In this document: in pieces, positions 15,758-24,672 of the stretch | Layout: each line of letters begins with the position of its first letter | How positions within the stretch are numbered: position 1 is the first letter of the stretch | DNA from: a virus | Reading direction: 5' to 3' (one strand) | DNA: 60,386 nt | Virus record (IMG/VR): IMGVR_UViG_3300048927_000480 | Location: 1 to 60,386 of that record | The notes under the pieces: generated by a model | Databases searched by the model: none | What the model saw: the letters and a program-made list of their open reading frames with translations, nothing else | What the model was told of the DNA's origin: nothing | Program-made: the position numbers and the translations under genes

Positions 15758-16714
15758 ATGGGCGGAAAAAGGAAGCTGCTCACGCAGACACGCAGAAAAG
15801 CACTCGAGAAGGAGATGACGGACGCCCTCATCCGGGGAACGTTCACCACGAACGGCAGGCCGCTCGACGAGATCCTCGACGAAGTCAACACTGGCATCCA
15901 GGAAGGCCGCTACCCCATCGAGGTCGATCTCCAGACCTTGATCAGCATCTGGTCCGGCACGTCGGCGTCCACCGTGGCGCCGACTACCGAGCAGCCGCAG
16001 CCGACGAATCACGGCACGGTCGACCAGATCCAGCAGGCCGTCGCCCAGCAGAACGGGCAGCCGATCCCGGTCAACGTGCATCAGGGTGGTGCCGTCAACG
16101 GGATGCCCGCGGAACAGTGGCAGGCGCAGCAGGTGGCTCAGGGCTACGGACCGACGCCCGAACAGGCGGCGGAACTGGGACTGCCCGCATCCGCGCCAAC
16201 CGTGCAGACGGGAATGCTGGCGCAGGCCGTCGGCGTCGCACCGGGACAGGTGGTCCAGACGGCTCTCGGTCCCCAGGTAGTGCAGCAGCTCCCGCAGGAG
16301 CAGTACCCGGTGCCGCAGCAGCACATAGCACAGCCGATGAGCCTGCAGCAGGCACAGGCCGCGATGACCGCTGTCGAGTCGATGGAGGTCGGTGAGCCGC
16401 CGAAGGAGCCGCCGGTCGAGATCGACGCTTCGCCGGTGGCCGACTGGCTCGCCATCGCGCAACAGGCCAAGGCCAAGATCGACGCGTCCAAGGACATCCT
16501 CGAAGCGGCCAAGGCCAACGCCGCCGCGTATGCCGATCAGGTCGGTGGCCCGGACCGGTCCAAGGTTCTCGTGCTCAATGGTCACCCGGTCATGCGCCGT
16601 ACGTTCGTCAAAAAGAAGGTCTTCAAGAAAGAGAACCTCTTCGCGGCGCACCCTGAGCTCGACGAATCGGCCTTCACCGAGTACACGCCGTTCTACAAGA
16701 CCGAGCTCTTGTGA
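15758..16714 (+). CDS. Hypothetical protein with Gln/Pro-rich central low-complexity region (318 aa)
   Basis: Complete ORF directly upstream of, and coupled to, the exonuclease gene. A recombination accessory role is only a positional guess. Confidence 0.7.
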   Translation: MGGKRKLLTQTRRKALEKEMTDALIRGTFTTNGRPLDEILDEVNTGIQEGRYPIEVDLQTLISIWSGTSASTVAPTTEQPQPTNHGTVDQIQQAVAQQNGQPIPVNVHQGGAVNGMPAEQWQAQQVAQGYGPTPEQAAELGLPASAPTVQTGMLAQAVGVAPGQVVQTALGPQVVQQLPQEQYPVPQQHIAQPMSLQQAQAAMTAVESMEVGEPPKEPPVEIDASPVADWLAIAQQAKAKIDASKDILEAAKANAAAYADQVGGPDRSKVLVLNGHPVMRRTFVKKKVFKKENLFAAHPELDESAFTEYTPFYKTELL

Positions 16715-17544
16715 CCGCCGCGGGGCTGGGCACCTACGTCTCGCCCCGCGGCACGATGTCCGGTGGCGATACCCAGCTCCGGGATCTCTTGATCGATATC
16801 ATTCTCGATCAGGAGAACAACCGTCCGCGGTCGATGCAGACTGCGCTCGGTCCCTCGGAGATCGGAGATCCGTGCCCGAGGAAACTCGCGTACAAAATCT
16901 CCGGGATGCCCGAGCCGGAGTCCTATAAGGATGATCCGTGGTTCGCGATCATCGGTACCTCGGTCCACACCACCATCGGCTCCGCGCTGGAGCGGCAGAA
17001 CACGCTGGCGCTGGCCCGAGGTGAGATGGCGCCGTGGCTGATCGAGCAGCGGGTCAACATCCGGACAGGACTCGACGGGTCGCTGGAAGGCAGCCTCGAC
17101 GCGTACAACTGGCTCACGCAACGGGTGATCGACCACAAGCTGGTCGGTGTTACCTCGCACCGGAAGTACCGGCGCTACGGACCGTCCAAGGTGTACCACA
17201 CGCAGATCCAGGCCTACGGTGTCGGAGCTGTCCGATTAGGACTCAAGGTAGACAAGGTGAGCATCGCCTTCTACCCGCGGTTCGCCGGCATCACCGAAGC
17301 ACTGTACGTCTGGACCGGGCCGTTCAAGCCCGAGCTGGTCGAGAAAGCCTTGAAGCGACTGGACATCATCACCGAGCTCGTCCGGCAGCTCAACCCTCTC
17401 GGTGACCCGGGCAAGTTCCGGGACATCAAGGCCGTGCCGTCGGAGGACTGCAGGCTGTGCCCCTGGCTCCGGCCGGGAACCGACACCGGGGACACGTGCC
17501 CCGGCAATCTCGCAGGCATGACACGAAAGACAGGAACGACATGA
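16711..17544 (+). CDS. Cas4/RecB-family PD-(D/E)xK exonuclease with Fe-S cysteines (277 aa)
   Basis: D..IDHK nuclease core and QIQAY motif. One N-terminal Cys (DPCPRK) plus C-terminal CRLCPW...C. Confidence 0.8.
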   Translation: MTAAGLGTYVSPRGTMSGGDTQLRDLLIDIILDQENNRPRSMQTALGPSEIGDPCPRKLAYKISGMPEPESYKDDPWFAIIGTSVHTTIGSALERQNTLALARGEMAPWLIEQRVNIRTGLDGSLEGSLDAYNWLTQRVIDHKLVGVTSHRKYRRYGPSKVYHTQIQAYGVGAVRLGLKVDKVSIAFYPRFAGITEALYVWTGPFKPELVEKALKRLDIITELVRQLNPLGDPGKFRDIKAVPSEDCRLCPWLRPGTDTGDTCPGNLAGMTRKTGTT

Positions 17545-18506
17545 CAGCACCGACCGGCCTGGGGCAGTACGTTCCCCCCGCGGCCTCCCAGGGTGACCGC
17601 ATCCAGGCCCAGCAGATGGTCGACCGACCCATCCTCGTCTGGGTCCGTAGGACCCAGCACCTCGCCAAGACCAAGTTCTCCGCGACCGGTGGCGAAGCGG
17701 TCTACCTCGACTTTGTCGACCTCTCGAACAACCAGGTCTTCATCGAAGTGATGTGGATGGCCGGAGCGATCGTCGATGGACTCAAGCAGTACGCCGGCGA
17801 CGGCTGCGCGTACCCCGTCAAGGTTGTCCGCGTCGAGGGTGGCGCACACGGCTCCTACAACACCATCAAGTCGCTTTCCGACGACCCGCAGTGGATGAAC
17901 CACGTGCTGGCGAACCTGCCGACCTTCCAGCAGATGGTCGCCCAGACCCGCGCCCAGAAGGAAGCCGAGTGGGCGACCGCCATGGCCCAGGCCAACCAGC
18001 CCCCGGCGATGCCCGGAGCACCCAGCGGCCCGCCGCCTGCTCCCGCGCTCGCGCCCGCCGGCGCCGCCGCGCCGCAGTACCAGCAGCCGGGCCAGCCGGC
18101 GCAGTACGGAGCCCCGCCGGCTGCGGCACCGCCGCAGCAGTTCCAGCAGGCGCCACCGGTGCAGCAGCCCGGCCAGTACGGAGTCCCGCAGCAGCCCGTG
18201 GCGCCGCCGGCCCAGCCGGGCTACGCGCCCCAGCAGTACGCGCCGCCGGCCCAGCAGCAGCAGCCCGTGGCACCGCCGGCCGCGGTCGCGCCGCCGCAGT
18301 ACCAGCAGCCGATGCAGCAGGCCGTGCCTCCCGGGCCGCCGCCCGCGGCCGCCCCGGTCCAGCAGTACCAGCAGGCGGCACCGCAGCAGCAGTTCGCCCA
18401 GGCCGCGCCGCCTCCGCCCCAGCAATACGGGCCGCCGGCGGCGACCGGCGCCGTGACCGGCCAGACGGTGGAGCAGCTGCAGCAGGCCCTCAACCAGATC
18501 GGCTAA
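17541..18506 (+). CDS. Hypothetical protein: globular N-domain plus about 170 aa Pro/Gln/Ala low-complexity tail (321 aa); possible ssDNA-binding role
   Basis: ATGA overlap with the exonuclease stop. The SSB idea rests only on position and architecture. Confidence 0.65.
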   Translation: MTAPTGLGQYVPPAASQGDRIQAQQMVDRPILVWVRRTQHLAKTKFSATGGEAVYLDFVDLSNNQVFIEVMWMAGAIVDGLKQYAGDGCAYPVKVVRVEGGAHGSYNTIKSLSDDPQWMNHVLANLPTFQQMVAQTRAQKEAEWATAMAQANQPPAMPGAPSGPPPAPALAPAGAAAPQYQQPGQPAQYGAPPAAAPPQQFQQAPPVQQPGQYGVPQQPVAPPAQPGYAPQQYAPPAQQQQPVAPPAAVAPPQYQQPMQQAVPPGPPPAAAPVQQYQQAAPQQQFAQAAPPPPQQYGPPAATGAVTGQTVEQLQQALNQIG

Positions 18507-18682
18507 GCAAACGGCCGGTGGTCAAGTCGCAGGTAACACCGAGCATCACTCCGTTTCAGGGCCAGCTCCCGCGGAGCTGAGTGCCCAAGCAGAGAGCGAC
18601 TGGACGGACTCGGGACCACACTATCGGCTAAGCTGAGCACGTCCTGGTGGACATCGCGACGTAGAGCCCCGCTCCAGCCCGC

Positions 18683-18750
18683 ACGCAGGAGCGGGGCTCT
18701 CGTGCGTCCAGGCCGTACGCAGGAGCGGGGCTCTCGTGCGTCCAGGCCGT
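18683..18750 (+). repeat. 34-bp perfect tandem duplication (2 copies) spanning the TerL RBS and start
   Basis: ACGCAGGAGCGGGGCTCTCGTGCGTCCAGGCCGT at 18683-18716 and 18717-18750. GAGCCCCGCTCC (18664-18675) can pair with GGAGCGGGGCTC in either copy. Confidence 0.9.
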
Positions 18751-20484
18751 ACGATGATCTGCATGCGGGCGAAGAGCTACACACCGGACGAGCCGGACGA
18801 CGAGGAAGTCCTCGATCCGTTCGACTACGCCGCGAAGGCCTTCGAGCAGCAGTCCGTCCCGATCATCGCGTTCTACGACGATCCCGTGGGGTTCGTTGAC
18901 GAATTTGTCGACTTCACCGATTCGGTGTCCGGCGCCGAGAAGGGACTCACTGACTACCAGCGCGAGATGCTCGACGAAGTGCCGAAATTTGGCCGGGTCT
19001 GCACCCGCGGCCCACACGGTCTCGGCAAGACGACCACCAACGCGCTCACCGTGCTCTGGTTCGCCATCACCCGCGAAGCGGCCAAAAAGGACTGGAAGGT
19101 CGCCACCACCGCCGGCGCCTGGCGCCAGCTCGAGTGGTACCTCTGGCCCGAGATCAAGAAGTGGTCACGGAAACTGCGCTGGGACAAGCTCGGCATGTCC
19201 CCCTGGCGCGAAGGCACATCCGGTGAACTTCTCTCGCTCTCCCTGAACTTGACGTATGGCAGCGCCTTCGCCGTTGCCAGCTCCGACGAGAAGAAGATCG
19301 AGGGCGTGCACGCCGACAGCGTGCTCTACATCTTCGACGAATCCAAGGCGATCCGTCCGCAAGTCTTCGAAGCCGCGGAAGGTGCCTTTTCCGGCGCCAA
19401 GGCCAGCACCGGTGAGCGCCCGGCCTCCTCGCCGGCCGAGCGTGGACTCGAGGCCTACGCCGTGGCCACCTCGACCCCTGGCGAGCCCCAGGGCAAGTTC
19501 TACGACATCCACACCAACCGCGACAAGCACCCCGACTGGCACGTCAAGCACGTCACCCTCAAGCAGGTCATCCGCGCCGGCCGGATCTCCGACGACTGGG
19601 CCGCCGCCCGAAAGAACGAATGGGGCGAGGACAGCGCCCCGTACCAGACCCGCGTGCTCGGCAACTTCTACGCCAGCTCCGCCGACGCGGTCATCCCGCT
19701 CGCCTGGGTCGAGGACGCCATGGAGCGCTGGGACGTTTGGGTCCGCTCCGGTCGTCGCAAGTTTGCCCAGACCAAGGTCCTCGGCGTCGACGTTGCGCTC
19801 GGTGGTGCCGACTTCTGTGGCATCGCCCATCGCCGCGGTCACATCGTCGAGAAGATCGAAAAGCTCAAGCTCTCCGACACCGTCAAAGTCGCCGACTCCG
19901 TCGAAACCCGGATGGGCGGCGGCGACGAAGCGGTCATCGACTCCATCGGCGTCGGCGCCGGCGTGCTCGCCACCTTGCGCGAGCGCGGCCGCAACGCCCG
20001 CCCCTTCACCGCCAGCAAGAAGTCGTTCAAGAAGGACCAGTCGCGCGAGCACGGCTTCCTCAACCGCCGTGCCGAGATGTGGTGGGCGATGCGCGAGCTG
20101 CTCGACCCCGCCTTCGAGCCCGACGTCGCCATCCCCCGTGACGATCAGCTCATCGGCGAGCTCACCGCGCCGAAATGGGACGAGACCGCCAGCGGCAAGA
20201 TCAAGGTCGAGTCCAAAGAGGAGATCCGCAAGCGCCTCGACCGCTCCACCGACCTCGCCGACGCCGTGCTGCAGACCTTCGCCAGCCGCGAGAGCGAGAG
20301 CGAAGCGCACGCCGAAGCCGATGGGGCTGGCTCCGGCACCACCGCACTACTCACCGCGGTCCAGCAGTTCCAGCGACCCGAAAACCTCGAGGGATTCGAA
20401 CCAGGAGCCGTTGGATCCGGCGCGCTACCGTTCGGTAGCGAAGGCGAGGCCCTCATGTTCCAGCAGTGGGAAGGACAGTTCTGA
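18736..20484 (+). CDS. terL: Terminase large subunit
   Basis: Walker A GPHGLGKT, Walker B VLYIFDES, plus a C-terminal nuclease-sized domain. Start is ambiguous: GTG 18736 has AGGAG 10 nt upstream; alternatives are ATG 18754 and 18763. Confidence 0.85.
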   Translation: MRPGRTMICMRAKSYTPDEPDDEEVLDPFDYAAKAFEQQSVPIIAFYDDPVGFVDEFVDFTDSVSGAEKGLTDYQREMLDEVPKFGRVCTRGPHGLGKTTTNALTVLWFAITREAAKKDWKVATTAGAWRQLEWYLWPEIKKWSRKLRWDKLGMSPWREGTSGELLSLSLNLTYGSAFAVASSDEKKIEGVHADSVLYIFDESKAIRPQVFEAAEGAFSGAKASTGERPASSPAERGLEAYAVATSTPGEPQGKFYDIHTNRDKHPDWHVKHVTLKQVIRAGRISDDWAAARKNEWGEDSAPYQTRVLGNFYASSADAVIPLAWVEDAMERWDVWVRSGRRKFAQTKVLGVDVALGGADFCGIAHRRGHIVEKIEKLKLSDTVKVADSVETRMGGGDEAVIDSIGVGAGVLATLRERGRNARPFTASKKSFKKDQSREHGFLNRRAEMWWAMRELLDPAFEPDVAIPRDDQLIGELTAPKWDETASGKIKVESKEEIRKRLDRSTDLADAVLQTFASRESESEAHAEADGAGSGTTALLTAVQQFQRPENLEGFEPGAVGSGALPFGSEGEALMFQQWEGQF

Positions 20485-22112
20485 TGGCACGACGATCCGG
20501 CGGGGCCACCCGCGTCCGACCGGCCGACGTCGTCGAGCTGGCCACCCCGAGCGCTGTCCGTGAGCCGGTCGAGCCCACCAAGGAGCTCATCCGACGTGCC
20601 GTCGACGTCGAGCGCGGTACGCCGTTCGACGTCACGGGTATGGACGCGCAGCCCTGGACCCAGCTGGCGGACGACGAATTCCTCGTCACCACGATGTCCG
20701 AGCGCGAGTGGATCGAGGACGTCAACCGGATGCTGGCCAGTGGCGGCCAGCCGAGCGCCGTGTTCGCCGCACTCACGCTCCCGATGCGCTCGGCCAACCT
20801 CACCATCGAGAAGCCCGACGGCGACAAGGGCCAGACCGAGTTCGTCCGCGAGGTGCTCTACAGCTCCGGCCAGGGTGACGGTATGCGCCCGGACCTCGTC
20901 GGCATCGTCGCGCAACTGGCCGTCGCCACCGCGGTCCGGAAGACGTACCACGAGATCGAGTGGACCCGCCGCAAGGACGGCCGACTTGCCTACTCGAAAG
21001 TAGCTTGGCGGCCGCCGCAGACCTGCGAACCCATCCGCACCCTGGCCAACGGCGAGCTCATGGGGTTCCGCCAGTACATCGACAGCCGGGTCTGGAACGA
21101 CCCGCGCTTCCGCCGCGACGTGGTGCGGATCGGCAACGACCGCCAGGACCAGCTCGGCTACGTACGGATCCCCGCAGTCCGTGCGCTCGTGCACGTGCAC
21201 GGGCAGCACCGCGACCCCATCAACGGCGTCTCCGACCTCTCCGTCACCCACTGGGCCTGGACCCTGCAGCAGAAGATCCTGCTGATGTGGGCCACCTTCC
21301 TCGACGGCGCCAGCCTCCCCAAGGTCGCCGCATACGGCCGTGACAAGGGCGAAGCTCAGAAGAACGCCGCCACGATCGCCAGCTTGCGCGGCTCCGGCGT
21401 CGTCGGGCTCATCCGCGACGGCCTCGACCCCAATGAGCGGCTGTTCGACTTGATTGACAACTCCGGCGCAGGGGCCGCGCAGTTCATGGAGATGGTCACC
21501 TACCTCGAGCAGCAGATGACCAAGTCCGTGCTGGCCGGCTTCCTCGACCTCACCAGCAACGCGACCCGCGGCATCGGCTCCTATGCCCTCAGCGCGGACC
21601 AAAGTGGCCTGTTTCTGACCAGTCGCCAGGCCGCGGCCAAGGAGCTGGCCGCCACCGTCACCGACCAGCTCATCGCGCCCCTGGTCCGGGTCAACTTCGG
21701 TAGCCAGGCCGCGGTCCCCCGGCTCGTGTTCGAGCAGATGGGCCAGGAACAGAGCACGCTGGCCATGCAGATGCTCCAGCAACTGGGCAGCGCCCAGAAC
21801 ATGAGCGTCCCGCCCGGGTTCCTCGACCTGCTCATCGAGCGCGTGGCCCAGTTCCTCGACCTCCCCGACGACAAGGTCGAGAAGATCCTCAAGGAGCAGG
21901 CCGAGGTCCGGCGCACGCTCGCCGAGCAGATGGGCCGGACACCGGAACAGAGCGCGAGCCCCAACGGCCAGCTCACCGACCACGTCAACGCCGCCCAGGA
22001 CGCCATCAACGCGAAACAGGACGGGCGTCCTGTTACCCCTGATCAGCTCCGCAAGCAGGCCCTTACGCCAGCCCAGGAGTTGCTCAAGCGCGACCGCCAG
22101 GAGAAGCAGTGA
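20484..22112 (+). CDS. Portal protein (542 aa)
   Basis: Size and position immediately after TerL (TGATG overlap). Called by synteny. Confidence 0.75.
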   Translation: MARRSGGATRVRPADVVELATPSAVREPVEPTKELIRRAVDVERGTPFDVTGMDAQPWTQLADDEFLVTTMSEREWIEDVNRMLASGGQPSAVFAALTLPMRSANLTIEKPDGDKGQTEFVREVLYSSGQGDGMRPDLVGIVAQLAVATAVRKTYHEIEWTRRKDGRLAYSKVAWRPPQTCEPIRTLANGELMGFRQYIDSRVWNDPRFRRDVVRIGNDRQDQLGYVRIPAVRALVHVHGQHRDPINGVSDLSVTHWAWTLQQKILLMWATFLDGASLPKVAAYGRDKGEAQKNAATIASLRGSGVVGLIRDGLDPNERLFDLIDNSGAGAAQFMEMVTYLEQQMTKSVLAGFLDLTSNATRGIGSYALSADQSGLFLTSRQAAAKELAATVTDQLIAPLVRVNFGSQAAVPRLVFEQMGQEQSTLAMQMLQQLGSAQNMSVPPGFLDLLIERVAQFLDLPDDKVEKILKEQAEVRRTLAEQMGRTPEQSASPNGQLTDHVNAAQDAINAKQDGRPVTPDQLRKQALTPAQELLKRDRQEKQ

Positions 22113-22468
22113 CCACCGAGATCTGGCCAGGACCGGGCGACGCCAGCGCCCACGAACAGACCCCGCTGTTCCAGCAGGTCATCACGAAGGAGAGACCCGT
22201 GCCCGAGCACGCTCAGGAAGACACCGGCGACGAGAGGATCGACACCGGCAGCCACAACGTCACCGGCTATGTGAAGCACACCCAGCAGGAGATCGACGCC
22301 GTCAACTCGACGAAGGGCTTCGAGAACGACCTCGGCCGCTGGATCAAGCAGATGCAGACCGATCTCCCCAACCTCGATGGCCGGTGGGTCTCGATCGCGC
22401 GCACCCACTTCCAGCAGGGCTTCATGGCGCTCAACCGCGCCGTGTTCCAGCCGGAGAGCGAGCTGTAG
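22109..22468 (+). CDS. Hypothetical protein (119 aa)
   Basis: GTGA overlap with the portal stop. Protein-like. Confidence 0.65.
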   Translation: MTTEIWPGPGDASAHEQTPLFQQVITKERPVPEHAQEDTGDERIDTGSHNVTGYVKHTQQEIDAVNSTKGFENDLGRWIKQMQTDLPNLDGRWVSIARTHFQQGFMALNRAVFQPESEL

Positions 22469-22653
22469 TGCTGCCTCGGAGTAAGCACCTCGGCAGCCAC
22501 TGGCACCTCGTCAGAGGTCATCGGAAGCCGGGCCGACGCGGTCTCCGGATCAGCGTGGTCCGTGACGGCGGCCGAGGCATCGGTCTGTGCCTCGGGTGGA
22601 GTCGTAACTACGTGGCACTGTTCCGCGCTACCCGGCGGCCGGTCAGCACGTGA
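22468..22653 (+). CDS. Hypothetical basic protein (61 aa)
   Basis: GTG directly after the upstream TAG. GTGA overlap with the next CDS. Third-position GC about 75% by hand count. Confidence 0.45.
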   Translation: MLPRSKHLGSHWHLVRGHRKPGRRGLRISVVRDGGRGIGLCLGWSRNYVALFRATRRPVST

Positions 22654-23366
22654 CGACGCCGATCATCGCGCCCGCGGGCGCACCGCTGCCCGAGGAAGCC
22701 ACCGCCGTCCCGCCGCCCGGCGCGACCGCGCGGGAGATCCTCACGGCGCTCGTGGCCGCGATGATCGCCGGCGCCTCCGTCGAGCTCATCGCCCGCATCC
22801 TCGCCCGGTTCCCCGAGCTGACCCGCGCGCTCGTCGAGCGGATCCTCACCGGCCGGTCCTGGGGCGGGCTGCTCGGCGCGACCGCGGAGGAGCGCACGCT
22901 CATTCCGCGCACCGGCACGCCGCCAGCGCTGGTGCTCGAGCAGCTCGCCGCCCAGAACGCGTTCCGCCGCGCCGCGTACCTCGTCAACGCCGTCCGCCGG
23001 CTCGCGCCCGCGGTCGCCAGCGGCGACGTCGACCGGATCGTGCGCGCCGAACGCGCCGAGGACCGCTACTTCGCCGCCTTCCTCGAAGCCGAACGCCGCC
23101 GCGGTGTCGCCGCATCCGCCGTCGCGCTGATCGCCTCGCAGTACGGGATCAACGACCGCGGCGAAGTGCTGCTCGGCTGGCAGGCCGTGCTGGACAACCG
23201 CACCTCCGCCGACTGCCGATGGGCACACCGGCGCAACTTCAACGCCCTCGTCGTCCCCCGCATCGGTTACCCCGGCACCGTCCACCTCGACTGCCGGTGC
23301 CGTCCCCGCAGGCCCTGGAACACCGACCTGCGGGTTGAAGACGGAACGCCACCAGTACATCACTAG
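22650..23366 (+). CDS. MuF-like minor head / head morphogenesis protein (238 aa)
   Basis: C-terminal DNRTSADCRWAHRRNF resembles the MuF/SPP1 gp7 signature. Position after the portal. Confidence 0.65.
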   Translation: MTTPIIAPAGAPLPEEATAVPPPGATAREILTALVAAMIAGASVELIARILARFPELTRALVERILTGRSWGGLLGATAEERTLIPRTGTPPALVLEQLAAQNAFRRAAYLVNAVRRLAPAVASGDVDRIVRAERAEDRYFAAFLEAERRRGVAASAVALIASQYGINDRGEVLLGWQAVLDNRTSADCRWAHRRNFNALVVPRIGYPGTVHLDCRCRPRRPWNTDLRVEDGTPPVHH

Positions 23367-23373
23367 GAGTGAC

Positions 23374-23835
23374 ATGAGCTTCACCGACGAGCAGATCGCC
23401 CGAATCGCGCATGGAGCCGCTGTTGAGCTGGCCATTGCGCTGGGTCAGCCGGCCCTGGCGCCGTGGAGCTCGTATCCCGCTGACAAGCGCGCGGCCGATG
23501 CAACAGTAGTCAAGGTGGCGCGCTTCGGTGCCCCTCCCGCGGCCATCTACATGGCATATCGGCAACTGGATCCCGAAATGCCCGAATTCGATACCCTTTC
23601 GCCCGAGGAGCAGGCCGAGTATTACCTGTTCAGCGGCGTTTGTGTGGCGATGAACGCCGCCGCTGATGTCCGGACCCGGCACGAGAACGAGCTCCTCGCG
23701 CTCCGCGAAGCCGAGCAACTCGTCCAAAACGGTGGCGGGAACCAGCCGCTCCGGCCCGGCGCGGCCCCGTTCGGCGGCCTGCCTCCCGTTCTCGTCCAGG
23801 CTCCCCAGCCGCCAACTCGAGCCACGGAGGAGTGA
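23374..23835 (+). CDS. Hypothetical protein (153 aa)
   Basis: ATG 23374 with AGGAG upstream. Confidence 0.65.
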   Translation: MSFTDEQIARIAHGAAVELAIALGQPALAPWSSYPADKRAADATVVKVARFGAPPAAIYMAYRQLDPEMPEFDTLSPEEQAEYYLFSGVCVAMNAAADVRTRHENELLALREAEQLVQNGGGNQPLRPGAAPFGGLPPVLVQAPQPPTRATEE

Positions 23836-24605
23836 TGGTCAGCTCGCGCACGTACCCCGACCTCGACCGGTCGCCGAAGAAGAATTGGGTCGAGAAGGCC
23901 GGCGGTCTGCCGGACTACATCGAGCGGATCGCGAAGCACATCCACTACGAAGGCGGCAAGGAGATCGGCACCGCGATCTCGATGGCCATCTCCCAGGTCC
24001 GGAAGTGGGCTGCTGGCGGTGAGGGTGTCTCGGCGAAGACGCAGGCCCTGGCCTCGAAGGCGATCGCCGCGTGGGAGGCGCTCAAGGCCAAGAGCAAGGC
24101 TCGCACCGCTGTGCAGATGTCCGCGCGCCGGATCCAGGCCGAGGTCCTCGAGCTGAGCCGGAACACCCGCGGCCCGTACCGGCGTCACGTCGCTCACACC
24201 AAGCAGTTCGGCCGGGCGAAGGGCAACCTCCGCAAGCCGGCCAGCTGGCAGCATCCGTACGTGCCGAAGACGCAGGTCGCCGGCGCGATCAAGGCCAAGC
24301 ACATCGCCCGCGCCGACGTCGACGAGAGCGGTCACCCGAAGCGCGGCAAGTCTGACGAGGTGAAGAAGCCGCTGCCGGCCAGCGCCGCGATCGGCGGGGA
24401 AGGCCGCAAGGAGCAGCGTACCGGCGCCGAGACGAAGAGCAACCCGAAGACGAAGCAGCAGGCCAAGAAGCCACTAGCCGAGGCCAAGACGACGCTGCAG
24501 GACCGGCGCAACGCGCTCGAGCGCAAGAAGGCATCCGGCACGATCTCCCCTGACGAGCAGAAGGAGCTGAACAGGCTGGTCACGAAGCTGAAGAAGGCCT
24601 CTTGA
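23835..24605 (+). CDS. Hypothetical Lys-rich basic protein (256 aa)
   Basis: ATG 23835 after GGAGG (a GTG at 23832 is also possible). Basic, low-complexity C-terminus. Confidence 0.65.
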   Translation: MVSSRTYPDLDRSPKKNWVEKAGGLPDYIERIAKHIHYEGGKEIGTAISMAISQVRKWAAGGEGVSAKTQALASKAIAAWEALKAKSKARTAVQMSARRIQAEVLELSRNTRGPYRRHVAHTKQFGRAKGNLRKPASWQHPYVPKTQVAGAIKAKHIARADVDESGHPKRGKSDEVKKPLPASAAIGGEGRKEQRTGAETKSNPKTKQQAKKPLAEAKTTLQDRRNALERKKASGTISPDEQKELNRLVTKLKKAS

Positions 24606-24672
24606 CCAGCACCGGATATGTGGTACGGGCTGTTACTCTAACTTGGACCACCAGATCAACAAGGACGGCGCC

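Noticed and set aside
18702-18899. 65-aa ORF opened by the first copy of the 34-bp duplication.
   Set aside because: It is out of frame with TerL and Arg-rich, and it overlaps the TerL N-terminus. It is most likely a by-product of duplicating the TerL RBS and start.
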